A DNA stretch of 64,000 bases from an uncultured Pseudomonadota bacterium (GCA_963817785.1 CAWFPL010000004.1:29309-93308); one strand, 5' to 3'; positions 18,453-28,398 are shown, counted from the stretch's first letter. Notes: generated by a model from the letters alone, not told the origin. A program made the numbers and translations.

Positions 18453-19921
18453 GCAATACTGTTAAGTTAACTCGCGAGCGTGTAGTTTGTACGTATGCCT
18501 CGTGCTGGATGGGTGACGCCTGAGTCGGATCGTCGGTTGTCGGATTTGGTGTCGGTGGGCGTGCTGATGCGGACGTTTCCGCCGGATCTGGTCGATGAGG
18601 TGATTGCCGAGTCGGGTCGGGTGCAGGTGCGGAATCGGTCGTTGCCGGCGCGGGTGATGGCGTACTTCTCCATTGGGATGGCGTTGCATTCCGAGGGTTC
18701 GTATGATGACGTGTTTTCGCTGCTCACTGACGGTTTGTCGTGGGCGTCGGAGTGGCGTGAGGAGTATCGTCCGCCGAGTCGGTCGGCGATCTTTCAGGCC
18801 CGGGCCCGGTTGGGGCATGAGCCGATGGAGGCGTTGTTTCGTCGTGTAGCGGCGCCGATCGGGCGGGTTGGTGGTGCTGGAGTATGGCTGGCCGGGCGGC
18901 GGGTGGTGGCGATAGACGGGACGTGCCTGGAGGTCCCCGACACCGAGGCCAATGATCGGCATTTCGGCCGTCCCGGGGTGAGCAAGGGGGAGCGTGCAGC
19001 GTTCCCGCTCGCGCGGATGGTGGCGTTGGCCGAATGCGGCACGCACGCGATCTTCGCCGCACATGTGGGCACCTACGCACAGTCCGAGGCGACGTTGACC
19101 GAGGCGTTGCTGCCGGATCTGGCCTCCGACATGCTGTTGGTCGCTGATCGGGGATTCTTCTCGTATGCGTTGTGGCGCAAGATCACCGAGTCGACGGACA
19201 CTGATCTGCTGTGGCGGGTCTCGACTGGCAGATCCGCACCGAAGCCGGTGTTCGTGGCCGACTTGCCCGACGGGTCGTGGCTGGCTGATCTGAGGCAGAC
19301 GCACTCGGCGGCAGCTCGGCGTGCAGCTCCCATGCGGGTGCGTGTCGTGGACTACACGATCGACGACGGACGGGATAATCCCGAGGTCTACCGGTTGTTC
19401 ACGACGATCCTCGATCCAGGTGAGGCTGCGGCCACCGACCTGGCCGCGACGTATGCCCGGCGATGGGAAATCGAGTCGACGTTCGACGAACTCAAGACTC
19501 ACCAGCGCGGACCCCGTGCCGTCCTACGGTCGAAGTCTCCGGACCTGGTCTTGCAGGAGATCTGGGGACACCTGTGCTGTCATTTCGCGATCCGATCGGT
19601 CATGGTCGATGCAGCTGCATACTCCGGCAGCGACCCCGAAAGGGTCAGTTTCGTTGCCGCACTGAGGATTGCCCGCCAGTCCATCGCCCACCAGGGCGAT
19701 TTTTCCCCCTGACGATCCCGACCGCGCCGATCGTGGCTGGCGCACCGTTGTCAGCAAGCTCATCACCCGCATCAACCCGCCCCGCCAACAGCGATCCAAT
19801 CCTCGCGTTGTCAAACGCAAGTACACGAAGTGGCACGTCAAACGTGACAAGCACACGCACTGGCCACAGCCCTCGCACCCGCCGTCTTACGTACCGGTTC
19901 GACACTAACTTAACAGTATTG
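18453..19921 (+). mobile_element. IS4-family insertion sequence inserted at the terminus of the IS1380 element
   Basis: 16-17 bp terminal inverted repeats: CAATACTGTTAAGTTA(A) at 18454-18470 and TAACTTAACAGTATTG at 19906-19921. AGGC(T) is present on both flanks. Confidence 0.85.
18495..19712 (+). CDS. IS4-family transposase
   Basis: Intact 405 aa. The N-terminal domain (LSDLVSVGVLMRTFPPDLVDEVI) is followed by DDE motifs: AIDGTCLEVPD, LLVADRGFFSY, YARRWEIESTFDELK. Confidence 0.9.
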   Translation: MPRAGWVTPESDRRLSDLVSVGVLMRTFPPDLVDEVIAESGRVQVRNRSLPARVMAYFSIGMALHSEGSYDDVFSLLTDGLSWASEWREEYRPPSRSAIFQARARLGHEPMEALFRRVAAPIGRVGGAGVWLAGRRVVAIDGTCLEVPDTEANDRHFGRPGVSKGERAAFPLARMVALAECGTHAIFAAHVGTYAQSEATLTEALLPDLASDMLLVADRGFFSYALWRKITESTDTDLLWRVSTGRSAPKPVFVADLPDGSWLADLRQTHSAAARRAAPMRVRVVDYTIDDGRDNPEVYRLFTTILDPGEAAATDLAATYARRWEIESTFDELKTHQRGPRAVLRSKSPDLVLQEIWGHLCCHFAIRSVMVDAAAYSGSDPERVSFVAALRIARQSIAHQGDFSP

Positions 19922-19929
19922 AGGCTAGA

Positions 19930-20126
19930 CCGCATCACCAGCCAAGCGACTTTGCGCGTGGTCGTGACAGACGGCGACGACAGCGTGCTCGACCAATGGC
20001 GGCGTCGCCGCGTCGCCACGGTCACTCTGCGCCAGCAACCAAGTTCGGACACAACGCGGATTGCGCCCGAGCACCTGCGGCCGAAGTCGCATACGTGATC
20101 TTCACTTCTGGGTCGACTGGGGGCCT
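19930..20126 (+). pseudogene. Fragment of an adenylate-forming (NRPS/acyl-CoA ligase type) enzyme
   Basis: AEVAYVIFTSGSTGG at 20075-20125 matches the A3 core motif (YxxxTSGSTG). It is cut by IS3 at 20127 and by IS4/IS1380 upstream. The upstream text (LRVVVTDGDDSVLD) is in another frame. Confidence 0.5.
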
Positions 20127-20149
20127 TGACCCCGGTTCGTGGACACGGG

Positions 20150-21066
20150 GTGGTGGATTACGCCGCGGTGGCAGCGTAGCGGCGTGGCGGGCTCTCGTAG
20201 GTGGATCGGGGACTGGTGGCCGCACCAGGAGTGGCGTCGGCGGGTGTTGTAGCGGGTGAGCCCATCGGAAGACCTGGCGGCGGCAGGCGGTCTCGTCGGG
20301 CCAGACGTGGCGGCGTCCTGGAGGACCTCGCGTTTCAGGGTGGCGTTGAACGACTCGGCGAGCGCGTTGTCGGCGCTCGTGCCGACGGCGCCCATGGACT
20401 GGGTGACGCCGAGCTGGCCGCAGAGCGTGGCGTAGATCCTTCGAGGTGTAGACCGATCCGTGGTCGCTGTGGAAGATCGCACCCGGCCAGGCTGCCCCGG
20501 TCGCGGCAGGCGGCGCTTGAGGGCGTCCTCGACGAGCTCGGTGCGCATGTGGTCGGCGATCGCCCAGCCGGCGAGTCGCGGGAGTAGCAGTCGATCACGG
20601 TCGCCAGGTACAGGTTGCGTCCCGTCGGCGCAGCGGCAGGTAGGTGATGTCGCCGACGTAGCGCGGTTCGGGCGCCTCGGCGGTGAAGTCCCGCTTGAGC
20701 AGGTCGGGGTACCTTCTGGTCGGCCGGCTCGGGGATCGTGGTCCGCACCCGCGCGTCGGCGCGTAGCCCGCGATGCCGTGCTCGCGCATCACCCGGGCCA
20801 CCCGCTTGTGGTTGACCCGCTCGCCGGCAGGGACGCCGTCGTTGAGCTCGGCGGTGATCCGCGGCGCCCCGTAGGTGTTGTCCTCGGCGTGGACGGCCCG
20901 GATCCGCGTCGGCGAGCTCGGCATCGGCCGCGGCGCGCGCTCTGCGCGGGCCGGGGCGGCCTTGAGCCAGGCGTAGAACGACGAGCGCTCGATCTCGACG
21001 AGCTGCGCACAGCCGCTTCACCTCGAAGGTGTGCGGAGTGGTCGGCGACGAACTGGAAGCGGCTCA
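20150..21066 (-). pseudogene. IS3 OrfB (DDE integrase-like), several frame changes
   Basis: Pieces lie in three frames: RIRAVHAEDNTYGAPRITAELNDGVPAGERVNHKRVARVMREHGIAGY, YVGDITYLPL, MRTELVEDALK, YATLCGQLGVTQSMGAVGTSADNALAESFNATLKREVL, TRYNTRRRHSWCGHQSP. Confidence 0.8.
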
Positions 21067-21433
21067 CCAGTTCGTCTCCCCGGCGAAATACTTGGCCGCC
21101 TGCCGCAGGATCTCCCGCTCGGTGGTGAGCTTGGTCGTCTCGGCTCGTAGCGCCGCGTTCTCGGCCTCGAGCCGGGCGATCTTCTGCTCGGGCGTCTCGA
21201 TCTCGGTACCGGCCGGGGCTCGGGCCGGAGGCTTGGGCTGCAGTGGGCTGCAGGTCAGCGTGCCGTCAGCGGCGGTCTTCTTGCCGGTCCCGTAACGCTC
21301 GAGCCAGTGCGCGCAGCGTGCCGCGCACGATCCCGAGGTCCTCGGCGATGCCGCGGACCGTGGCGCCCGGAGTGGACTCGTACAAGTCGACGGCCTGACG
21401 ACGGAACTCCTCGGAGTAGTTCTTCCTGGCCAT
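21064..21433 (-). CDS. IS3 OrfA (HTH), one indel near 21305
   Basis: MARKNYSEEFRRQAVDLYESTPGATVRGIAEDLGIVRGTLR, then in another frame HWLERYGTGKK...PEQKIARLEAENAALRAETTKLTTEREILRQAAKYFAGETNW*. Confidence 0.8.
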
Positions 21434-21497
21434 GATCTCGGATCATCTCGCTTCCCCAGCACGGTGCTGGATTCAGCGTGTCCAAGAACCGGGGTCA

Positions 21498-22350
21498 GGG
21501 CCCCAGCGGTCGACCCACTGCTGCCAGACCTGCGGACCACCGGCCGCTCGAGCAGTGCCACGGCCGGTCGTCGCGGGCGGCGGGTCACAGAACCCCAGAG
21601 CAGTCACTGCCCGCTGCACGGCATGCACAGTGTTGAGCCGGGCTCCGCCGAGCAGCCCGTCACGGCGGACACGATCGAACAGCTCAGTGCCGAGATCCTC
21701 GAGATGCGAACTGCGATTGAGCAGGAACAGTTGGCCCGTCACTGTCGGTAGCAGCGTGTCGTCGCTGCGTCCGAGGCGATAGCCCCACTCGGCGAGACCA
21801 TACGAAGCCGGGCGATTTTCGCCGTTGACTCGGTCTCGTCCGAAGATCCGCCACGACAGGGTCAGTCGTTGGAAGCTGCCGAGCCGGTGGAACTCGGTGA
21901 ATGAAACCAGCAGATAGGCGTGCGCAGCGAGGTAGGGGCGGACCTCGTCGCCGGCCCACGCGGGTGCGTTCCGGCGGAACTCGGCCTGATCCCGGCCGAG
22001 CAGATCAACCCATTCCTGCGTGGTCCAGCCCCAGAAGGTTCGCTCCTTCTCGGCGCAACACCAGCAGCACCGCGACTGCATCGGCCATGGCGCGCCGCCG
22101 ATGCGCGGTGACCGGCGAATCCAGCGCCGCGTTGACTACCTCCAGCGGTCGCAGCAGTCGTCCGATCATGCGCGAGCTGGGCGCGTTCGGATGTGGGACT
22201 GCAGCCGCCGCAGGTTGCGCACGCCGAGTACGCCGATGGCATGGACCTCGTCGTCCGGAGGGAGGGTGGTGTCGAATCGATGCGCGGCGAACGGTGAGCA
22301 CCACCGTGATTCGGGGTCCGGTTCGAGAGGGCCTGACAGTGGCGTGGTCA
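21498..22350 (-). pseudogene. Tyrosine-recombinase-type gene, N-terminal part only (2 frame changes, cut by IS3)
   Basis: GTG overlaps the upstream stop (GTGA at 22347-22350). The text ...FWGWTTQEWVDLLGRDQAEFRRNAPAWAGDEVRPYLAAHAYLL...GGPQVWQQWVDRWGP runs straight into the IS3 inverted repeat. I recall this style of N-terminal region from multi-integrase (trio-type) elements. No catalytic domain is left. Confidence 0.45.
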
Positions 22351-22523
22351 CTGCGGTGTTCCTGGGGTCGCGGCGTCCATGCCGGTGAGCATCGCGATGC
22401 GCCACGCGTGGATGTGGTCCATCCCGCGGCCGAGCTTGTCGGCCAAATCCCGCCCGGACAGGTGAATATAGCGCAGCGTCGAGTCCGTGTGACGATGCCC
22501 GGCGAAGGTCGCGATCGTGTGCA
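22348..22523 (-). pseudogene. Tyrosine recombinase, C-terminal catalytic fragment (58 codons)
   Basis: MHTIATFAGHRHTDSTLRYIHLSGRDLADKLGRGMDHIHAWRIAMLTGMDAATPGTPQ*. The GH....T..Y segment carries the nucleophile Tyr. An in-frame TGA lies 3 codons upstream, at the 22524 joint. Confidence 0.7.
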
Positions 22524-22928
22524 TCACGCATCACGCTCGCCTCGTCCTGGAAAAAGCGATGTGTCCCGATGCGTTGCCAGCAGGACGAAGAACCGGCCGT
22601 ACCGGATGTACTGGAGATTTGCCGAGCCCGCCTGCTTCTTTGCGCCCTCGACCATGTAAGCAGCGTCCATCCCGTAGCGGGCAATGAGCTTGGCGGCATC
22701 CACCGCGTGCACGTCTTTGCCTTCCGGAACACATCCCGTCACGTAAAAGAAGTAACCGTTCCCGACATACGACACGGCAAGCTGCTGGACGAACCCTTCC
22801 AAGGACGTTGCCTCACACCGGTACATGCCCTGTTGTCCGCCGCTCCGCCTCACGTGATCCACCATGACGAAAGAGGAATCGGTTGTTTCAAGGGAGCAAT
22901 CCGCAATTTTTTTGTAGGCCTGACTCAT
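22524..22928 (-). CDS. orphan hypothetical protein (134 aa) bounded exactly by two sequence discontinuities
   Basis: Intact ORF MSQAYKKIADCSLETTDSSFVMVDH...NGYFFYVTGCVPEGKDVHAVDAAKLIARYGMDAAYMVEGAKKQAGSANLQYIRYGRFFVLLATH.... Intermediate GC, no RBS visible, family not recognised with confidence. Confidence 0.45.
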   Translation of the reverse strand: MSQAYKKIADCSLETTDSSFVMVDHVRRSGGQQGMYRCEATSLEGFVQQLAVSYVGNGYFFYVTGCVPEGKDVHAVDAAKLIARYGMDAAYMVEGAKKQAGSANLQYIRYGRFFVLLATHRDTSLFPGRGERDA

Positions 22929-24311
22929 ACGTATTGCTGTTGACGTTGCCCCCGAGCAGCAGGTAGTCGGGACGGCGCGACAGGATGTAGGCGCCGTCGT
23001 GCTTCTCGTGGCCGGCGTAGCCCTGCGTGAAGGCCATGCGGCGGTGCGCGATGTGGCGGTCGGTCAGGCCGAGAGGATGTCATAGGTGACGAAGCCGGTG
23101 CGCCGGGGATGTAGCCCACCGGCGAAAGGGCGATGGTGGCATCCGGCGGCAGGGTGCGCGCCAGTCCCTCGGCGGCGGGTTTCCCAGCCGCCGAGATTGC
23201 GCAGGCTCAGGTGCGCGTCGACGAGCCGGCGCTCCCGGCCGGCGAACGTGGGGACCAGCGAGGCGGCGGCCAGCAGCGCCACCAGCGCGAAAATGCGCCG
23301 GGGACTCGGGACCGGAGCGGACACGAGGACAGCGGTGCCGCAGGCGATGCCGACCGGCAGGATCGGGACGAAGAAACGGAACATGCCGAGCATGTCGCCG
23401 CCGATCGCCGTCACATAGAGGAGCCAGCCGGACAGCAGCAGCAGCGAGCGGCGCCACTCCACGGTCCGCCAGACGCGGGTCCAGCCGCCGGGGGCGGCCA
23501 GGGGAAGCAGCGCCCAGGGCAGCAGGAACGCCGGCAGGAACGCGGCGGTGTAGGGGAGACCGGTGCGCAGCTGCCCGCCGAGGTCGCCGGTCTTGGCGTA
23601 CCAGGTGTTCGGCAGCCAGTCGCCGTAGAACGCGTGCCGCCAGAGCAGGTGCGCCGCGACGCCGGCGCTGACGATCGCCGGGGCGAGCCAGCGGCGCCGG
23701 CCGCCGGCCGGGGCCAGCCCCGCCCATGCCGCGAAGGCGAGGCCGAGGGCGGCCCCTTCCGGCCGGGTCAGCGCCAGCAGGAGGGCGCAGAGACCGGCCG
23801 TGATGGCGCGCCGGTCGAGCGCGGCGCGCCAGGCGAGCAGCAGCAGCAGGCCGAACAGCGGCGTTTCCAGACCGGCCAGGCTCCAGCAGGCGAGCGGCCC
23901 GCAGACGGCCGCGAGCCAGACCGCCACGCCGGCGAGGGGCGCGGCCGACGGGGCCGGGGTGACCCGCGGCGCCGGCCCGCCGGCGCCCGCCGCCAGCCGC
24001 AGCGCCAGCCCCGGCAGCAGCAGCGCCGTCGCCGCCGCGGCGGCGAAGCCGAGCAGCCGCGCCCACCACAGCGGGTCGAGGCCGAGCGCCTGGCCGGCGG
24101 CCGAGAGCGGCACCCAGAGCAGGTTCGAGTACCCCTCGACCGGCTCGCCTGGGTTGAAGACCAGCCCGTGCCCGGCCAGCAGATTGCGGGCGTAGCGGAA
24201 CGAGATGTACGCGTCGTCGACGGCGAAGCGGAACAGCAGCGCGTGCGCGAGCAGCAGCGCGACCGCGGGAATCGCCGCCCAGGGCGGCGTGGCTGGCGTC
24301 GGGCGTTTCAC
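22929..24311 (-). CDS. Polytopic membrane glycosyltransferase-like protein (GT-C/ArnT-PMT-like), frame change near 23110 and C-terminus cut at the 22929 joint
   Basis: ORF 23064..24311 reads [42 protein letters not shown] followed by more than 10 hydrophobic segments. The soluble tail in other frames ([10 protein letters not shown].., [42 protein letters not shown]) ends abruptly. Confidence 0.5.
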
Positions 24312-24778
24312 GCGAGCGGTGTCTCCGTGAACTCCGGCACGATGTCGCGACGGCGCAGTTCGGCCAGCAGCGGCGGTATCGGCACCACCAGTTCCTGGGG
24401 ATCGGCGCCCGGCGTCCTGATCACGCCGGCCGCGGCATCGTGGCGATGATGGCCGTCGGGTAGCCGGTCATGCGCATCATCACCGAGATGTCGTTCGTCG
24501 CGTCGTGATAATCGACAATGCGCGCGCCTGTGGCGCCGGGCACACCCGCCGCTGGTGCCGTCGCATTCGGCCAGCATAGACACGAGGTCCTGGTCGTCCA
24601 CGCTCAAGCAATACGTAATCGCGTTTTTTTTTTGCGGGGTTTCTTCGCGCTTCGACACGTCGTCGTCGTAGGCGACGAACTTGGCGGCCGAGCTGGTCGG
24701 TGGTGTCCTCGGCGAGCGCGAGATCGTGAGGCTAAGTCGGCGCGGTTGGGTGAAGGTGTGCTGCGGTGACTGTTCCAT
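24308..24778 (-). pseudogene. Saccharopine-dehydrogenase-family C-terminal fragment, frame-disrupted
   Basis: [26 protein letters not shown] / [38 protein letters not shown] resembles the end of Sacchrp_dh_C proteins. There is no room for the NAD-binding N-terminal half before fixJ. Contains a T10 run at 24624-24633. Confidence 0.35.
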
Positions 24779-24904
24779 GCTGGGGTCCCTGCGCGACCGG
24801 CGCTGCTTCGGCAGTGGGTCTATCCTTCGCGGCAGGAAGCGGGAATCAGGACGACTGCGTACGCGACACTTCGTCCAGGCCGGGGATCAGCGGACGGCAA
24901 CGTC

Positions 24905-25520
24905 GTGCATGTGGTGGATGACGATGAGGCGGTGCGCAGCTTGGCTGCATTCCTGCTCGGATCGGCTGGGCTGGAAGTCGCCGTGCATGCGACCGCGGAA
25001 GCGTTCCTGCGCGCGGCCGAGGCGGCGCCGGTCGGCTGTGTGCTGACCGACGTGCGCATGCCGGAGATGGACGGCCTGGCCTTGCAGCGCCGCCTGGCGG
25101 AGATCGGCTCCCGCCTGCCGGTGATCATCATGACCGGGCACGGCGACGTGCCGATCGCGGTGGACGCGCTGAAGGCCGGCGCCGCCGACTTCCTGGAGAA
25201 GCCGTTCGACGACTCGCACCTGCTGGACGCGGTGCGCTCGCGCCATCGCCACCAGCCAGCGCACCCAGCGGCAGGTCGCCGCCACCGCCGACATCGCCGC
25301 GCCGGCTCGCCACGCTCACCCCGCGGGAGCACGAGGTGCTGGAACGCCTGGTCGCCGGCCAGCCGAACAAGACGATCGCGTACGACCTGGGCACCAGCCC
25401 GCGCACCGTCGAGGTGCAGCGCGCCCGGGTGATGGAGAAGATGGGCGCGCACAGCCTGCCGGAACTGGTGCGCATGGTCCTCGCGGTGGAAGCCGCGACG
25501 GCAGGACGCCCGGCGCATGA
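24905..25520 (+). CDS. fixJ: FixJ-like response regulator (REC + LuxR-type HTH), frame changes near 25240-25330
   Basis: [25 protein letters not shown]...[56 protein letters not shown], then [56 protein letters not shown]. The stop is not resolved. Confidence 0.8.
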
Positions 25521-26686
25521 CCGCGGCCAACCCGAACCGGCACGACTCGGCGCTGCTGCGCTCGATCCTGGAGACCGTGCCGGACGCCATGGTGGTGATC
25601 GACGATCGCGGCGCGATCCTGCTGTTCAGCACCGCCGCCGAGCGCCTGTTCGGCTACACCGCCGACGAGGTGCGCGGGCGCAACGTCAGCCTGCTGATGC
25701 CCTCGCCGTATCGCGAAGCGCACGACGCCTACCTCGCCCGCTACCTGGCGCACCGGCGAGCGGCGCATCATCGGCATCGGCCGCGTCGTGGTCGGCCTGC
25801 GCAAGGACGGCGGCACCTTCCCGATGGAGCTCTCAGGTCGGCGAGGTGAAGCAGCGGCGGGCACCGGCTGTTCACCGGCTTCGTGCGCGACCTGACCGAG
25901 CGCCAGCGCACCGAGCAGCGGCTGCAGGAGCTGCAGGCCGAGCTGCTGCACGCCTCGCGCCTGCGCTCGATGGGCCAGATGGCCGCCGCGCTGGCGCACG
26001 AGCTGAACCAGCCGCTGACCGCCACCGCGAACTATGTGAAGGCGGCGCAGCGCCTGGCTCGACGCGGCGCAGCCGGATCGGGCGCGCATCCGCCAGGCGC
26101 TGGAGCTGGCCGCGCAGCAGACCGTGCGCGTCCGGCGAGATCATCCGCCGGCTGCGCGGCTTCGTCGCGCGCGGCGAGGTGGAGCGGCGGGCGGAGCCGA
26201 TGGGCAAGCTGATCGAGGAGGCCAGCGCGCTGGCCCTGCGTCGGCGCCAGGGAGCAGCGGCATGCGGCGTCGATCTCGGCCTCGGCACGTTCCGTCCCGG
26301 CGGTCGCGGTCGACCGCGTGCAGATCCAGCAGGTGCTGCTGAACCTGATGCGCAACGCCATGGAGGCGATGGAGGCAGGCGCGCGCCGCGAGCTGACGGT
26401 CGCGGCCACGGTCGAGGGATGGTGCGGTGTAGCGTCGTCGATACCGGCCCCGGCCTGGCGCCCGACGTCGCGGCCCAGTTGTTCCAGCCCTTCGTCACCA
26501 CCAAGCCGGACGGCATGGGCATCGGCCTGTCGGTCTGCCGCACCATCATCGAGGCGCATGGCGGGCGGCTGTGGGTGGAGGCGAACGACGGCGGCCAGCG
26601 GCTTCCGCTTCACCCTGCCGCTGGCATCGTCCGCATGGCGCTGCTTTGATCCAGATCAACGCTGGCCGGGTTGCGACCTGACCTAG
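25517..26686 (+). CDS. fixL: FixL-like haem-PAS sensor histidine kinase, several frame changes
   Basis: [175 protein letters not shown]. Collinear with rhizobial FixL as I recall it. Confidence 0.8.
26646..26659 (+). promoter_or_regulatory. FixK/FNR-type box
   Basis: TTGATCCAGATCAA (TTGA-N6-TCAA), ~67 bp upstream of the REC-only regulator start. Confidence 0.5.
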
Positions 26687-26725
26687 ATCAGCGCGTGTCG
26701 CGCCGAAGGATCGTCACCCGGCGCC

Positions 26726-27121
26726 ATGTGGATGGGCGGGAGCGCGGAAGTGGTAGCGGCAGGCGAATGGGCGGCGGCGGTGATCGACGACGACGCGGCC
26801 GTGCTCGAACTCGCCGCAGGTTCCTGCTCGAAGTGGCGGGGCACCGGGTCAAGACCTATGCCTCGGCGGCGGCGTTCCTGGCCGATGCCGGCCCGCGGCC
26901 GGACTGCCTGGTGCTCGACCACCACATGCCGCAGATGACCGGGCTGGAGCTGGTGGAGCGGCTGCGCGCCGAGGGGACGACCCGCGGGTCATGCTGATCA
27001 CCGGCTCGTCCTCGCCGGCCATCCGCGAGCGCGCGGCGGAACTCGGCGTCGTCCAAGGTGCTGGAGAAGCCGCCGGCCGAGGACGATCTGCTCGGACTTC
27101 GTCGCCGCCGGCGGCCGGTAG
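26726..27121 (+). CDS. Single-domain (REC-only) response regulator, about 3 frame changes
   Basis: AAVIDDDAAVLE / FLLEVAGHRVKTYASAAAFLADAGPRPDCLVLDHHMPQMTGLELVERLRAEG / MLITGSSSPAIRERAAELGVV / VLEKPPAEDDLL. TAG at 27119-27121. GTG 26780 is an alternative start. Confidence 0.7.
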
Positions 27122-27123
27122 CG

Positions 27124-27846
27124 TCAGGATTGCGGGCGTGGCCGCGGCGGACGCACCACGCGCATCCGATCCACCACCTCGTTCACGCCGCGGGCCGACC
27201 ATGCCGCGTTCTCGGCGGTGCGGCGCTGGCTGAAGCCGGGGACGCTGCCGGACAGCGTGACGCACGCCGCCGCCGACGGCGATCTCGATGCCGGAGGCGT
27301 CGAGTTCGGCGTGGCGGTGCAGCGCGCGCAGCACCTTCTCGCGGATCCTCCTCGTCGGCCGCCGGGACGGTGCGGACCTCGATCCGGTTGTCCACGCCGA
27401 CCACGCCGGCCAGGTGCTGCACCCGCGTCTCCGCATCGGCGCGCTGGTCCTGCCAGTCCACCGTGCCGGTCAGCGTGACGATGCCGCGTCGACGGCGACC
27501 GAGATCTGGCTGCTGGGAAGGCGCGAATCCCAGCCGAGCACGTCGGCCGCACGGCGCGCGACCTCGGCGTCGTCGTGCGCGTGCGCGGCGGGACGGCGCA
27601 CCTCAAGCTCGGTGGTGACGCCGTTCACGCCGCCGACGTGCCAGGCGGTGCGTTCGGCTGCCTTCGCCTCCGCCAGCGTCTGGACGTGGCCGGTCAGGTG
27701 CACGGTGCCGTCGCGCACCGCCACGTGGATGCCGGCAGCATCCACATGCGGCGCCCATTCCAGTTCCTCGACCACGGCGTGTTCGATCGCCCGGTCGTCA
27801 GTCGCCCGGTCGTCAGGCGCCCGGCGTCGGTCGGCTGCTCGCTCAT
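27124..27846 (-). CDS. BON-domain protein (three BON repeats, OsmY-like), frame changes
   Basis: GAAGGAGATGGAC then ATG 27846. EELEWAPHVDAAGIHVAVRDGTVHLTGHVQTLAEAKAAERTAWHVGGVNGVTTELEV; TLTGTVDWQDQRADAETRVQHLAGVVGVDNRIEV; ALHRHAELDASGIEIAV..VTLSGSVPGFSQRRTAENAAWSARGVNEVVDRMRV. Confidence 0.75.
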
Positions 27847-27861
27847 GTCCATCTCCTTCAG

Positions 27862-28398
27862 TCAGGCACGGCCGGCATGGCGGCGATCGGCCCGGCGGGT
27901 GCCGTGGCTGCCGGACGATTCGACCTTAGCGTGCGCCAGCACGCTGTTCCACACCGCCAGGATGCTGCGGCTCGTGGCCTCGGCCACGAAGCAATGGCCC
28001 TGCGGGTCGAGCGCGAACAGGGTCGCCTCCGGATCGCCCACGGCGCGGCGGAGTGCGGTGTCGATGATACCCAGCGCCTGCAGCACATGCTCGACCGAGG
28101 GCAGGCGGGCATTGCGCGCGATGTCCGCCAGCCGGAACACGCGCAGTCCGTCGGGCGTGACGGCGCCCTGCTCGCGTCCGAGTTCGAGGAACACCGAAAC
28201 CGCCGGCAGCACCGGCTGGATCTGCGCCAGGACGGCGGCGGCCTGCTCCGGGGTGCAGGCCACCAGTCGCGGCGGCACCGCCTCGGGTTCGGCCGGATGA
28301 TGCAGGCCCAGCATCTGCGCGATCTGCTGCTCCAACCACTGCCGCACTTCCGGCGGCGCATTGCGGATCTGTTCGGGCGCCAGTGTGATGCCGACCAT
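27862..28398 (-). CDS. hypothetical protein (178 aa), first gene of the operon with the BON gene
   Basis: Intact ORF ending 16 bp upstream of the BON start. No motif recognised. Confidence 0.55.
   Translation of the reverse strand: MVGITLAPEQIRNAPPEVRQWLEQQIAQMLGLHHPAEPEAVPPRLVACTPEQAAAVLAQIQPVLPAVSVFLELGREQGAVTPDGLRVFRLADIARNARLPSVEHVLQALGIIDTALRRAVGDPEATLFALDPQGHCFVAEATSRSILAVWNSVLAHAKVESSGSHGTRRADRRHAGRA

Larger units (their letters stand above)
20127..21497 (-). mobile_element. IS3-family insertion sequence (1371 bp) with degraded ORFs
   Basis: The terminal inverted repeats match 19/20: TGACCCCGGTTCGTGGACAC (20127-20146) and the reverse complement of 21478-21497, TGACCCCGGTTCTTGGACAC. 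Confidence 0.85.

Noticed and set aside
18448-19926. A definite 5-bp target duplication (AGGCT) for the IS4 copy
   Set aside because: The duplication can be read as AGGC or AGGCT depending on where the terminal repeat is placed. The IS4 family usually makes longer duplications, so this is left as an observation only.
23080-24449. 438-aa + strand ORF 23133..24449 and 329-aa minus ORF 23080..24069
   Set aside because: They are low-complexity R/G/A/P translations of the alternative frames of the membrane glycosyltransferase-like gene, with no motifs.
24624-24633. The T10 homopolymer in ~70% GC DNA as a slippery or phase-variation tract
   Set aside because: It lies inside a degraded gene fragment in a block full of indels. 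It is more likely an error-prone homopolymer or a decay product than a regulatory tract.
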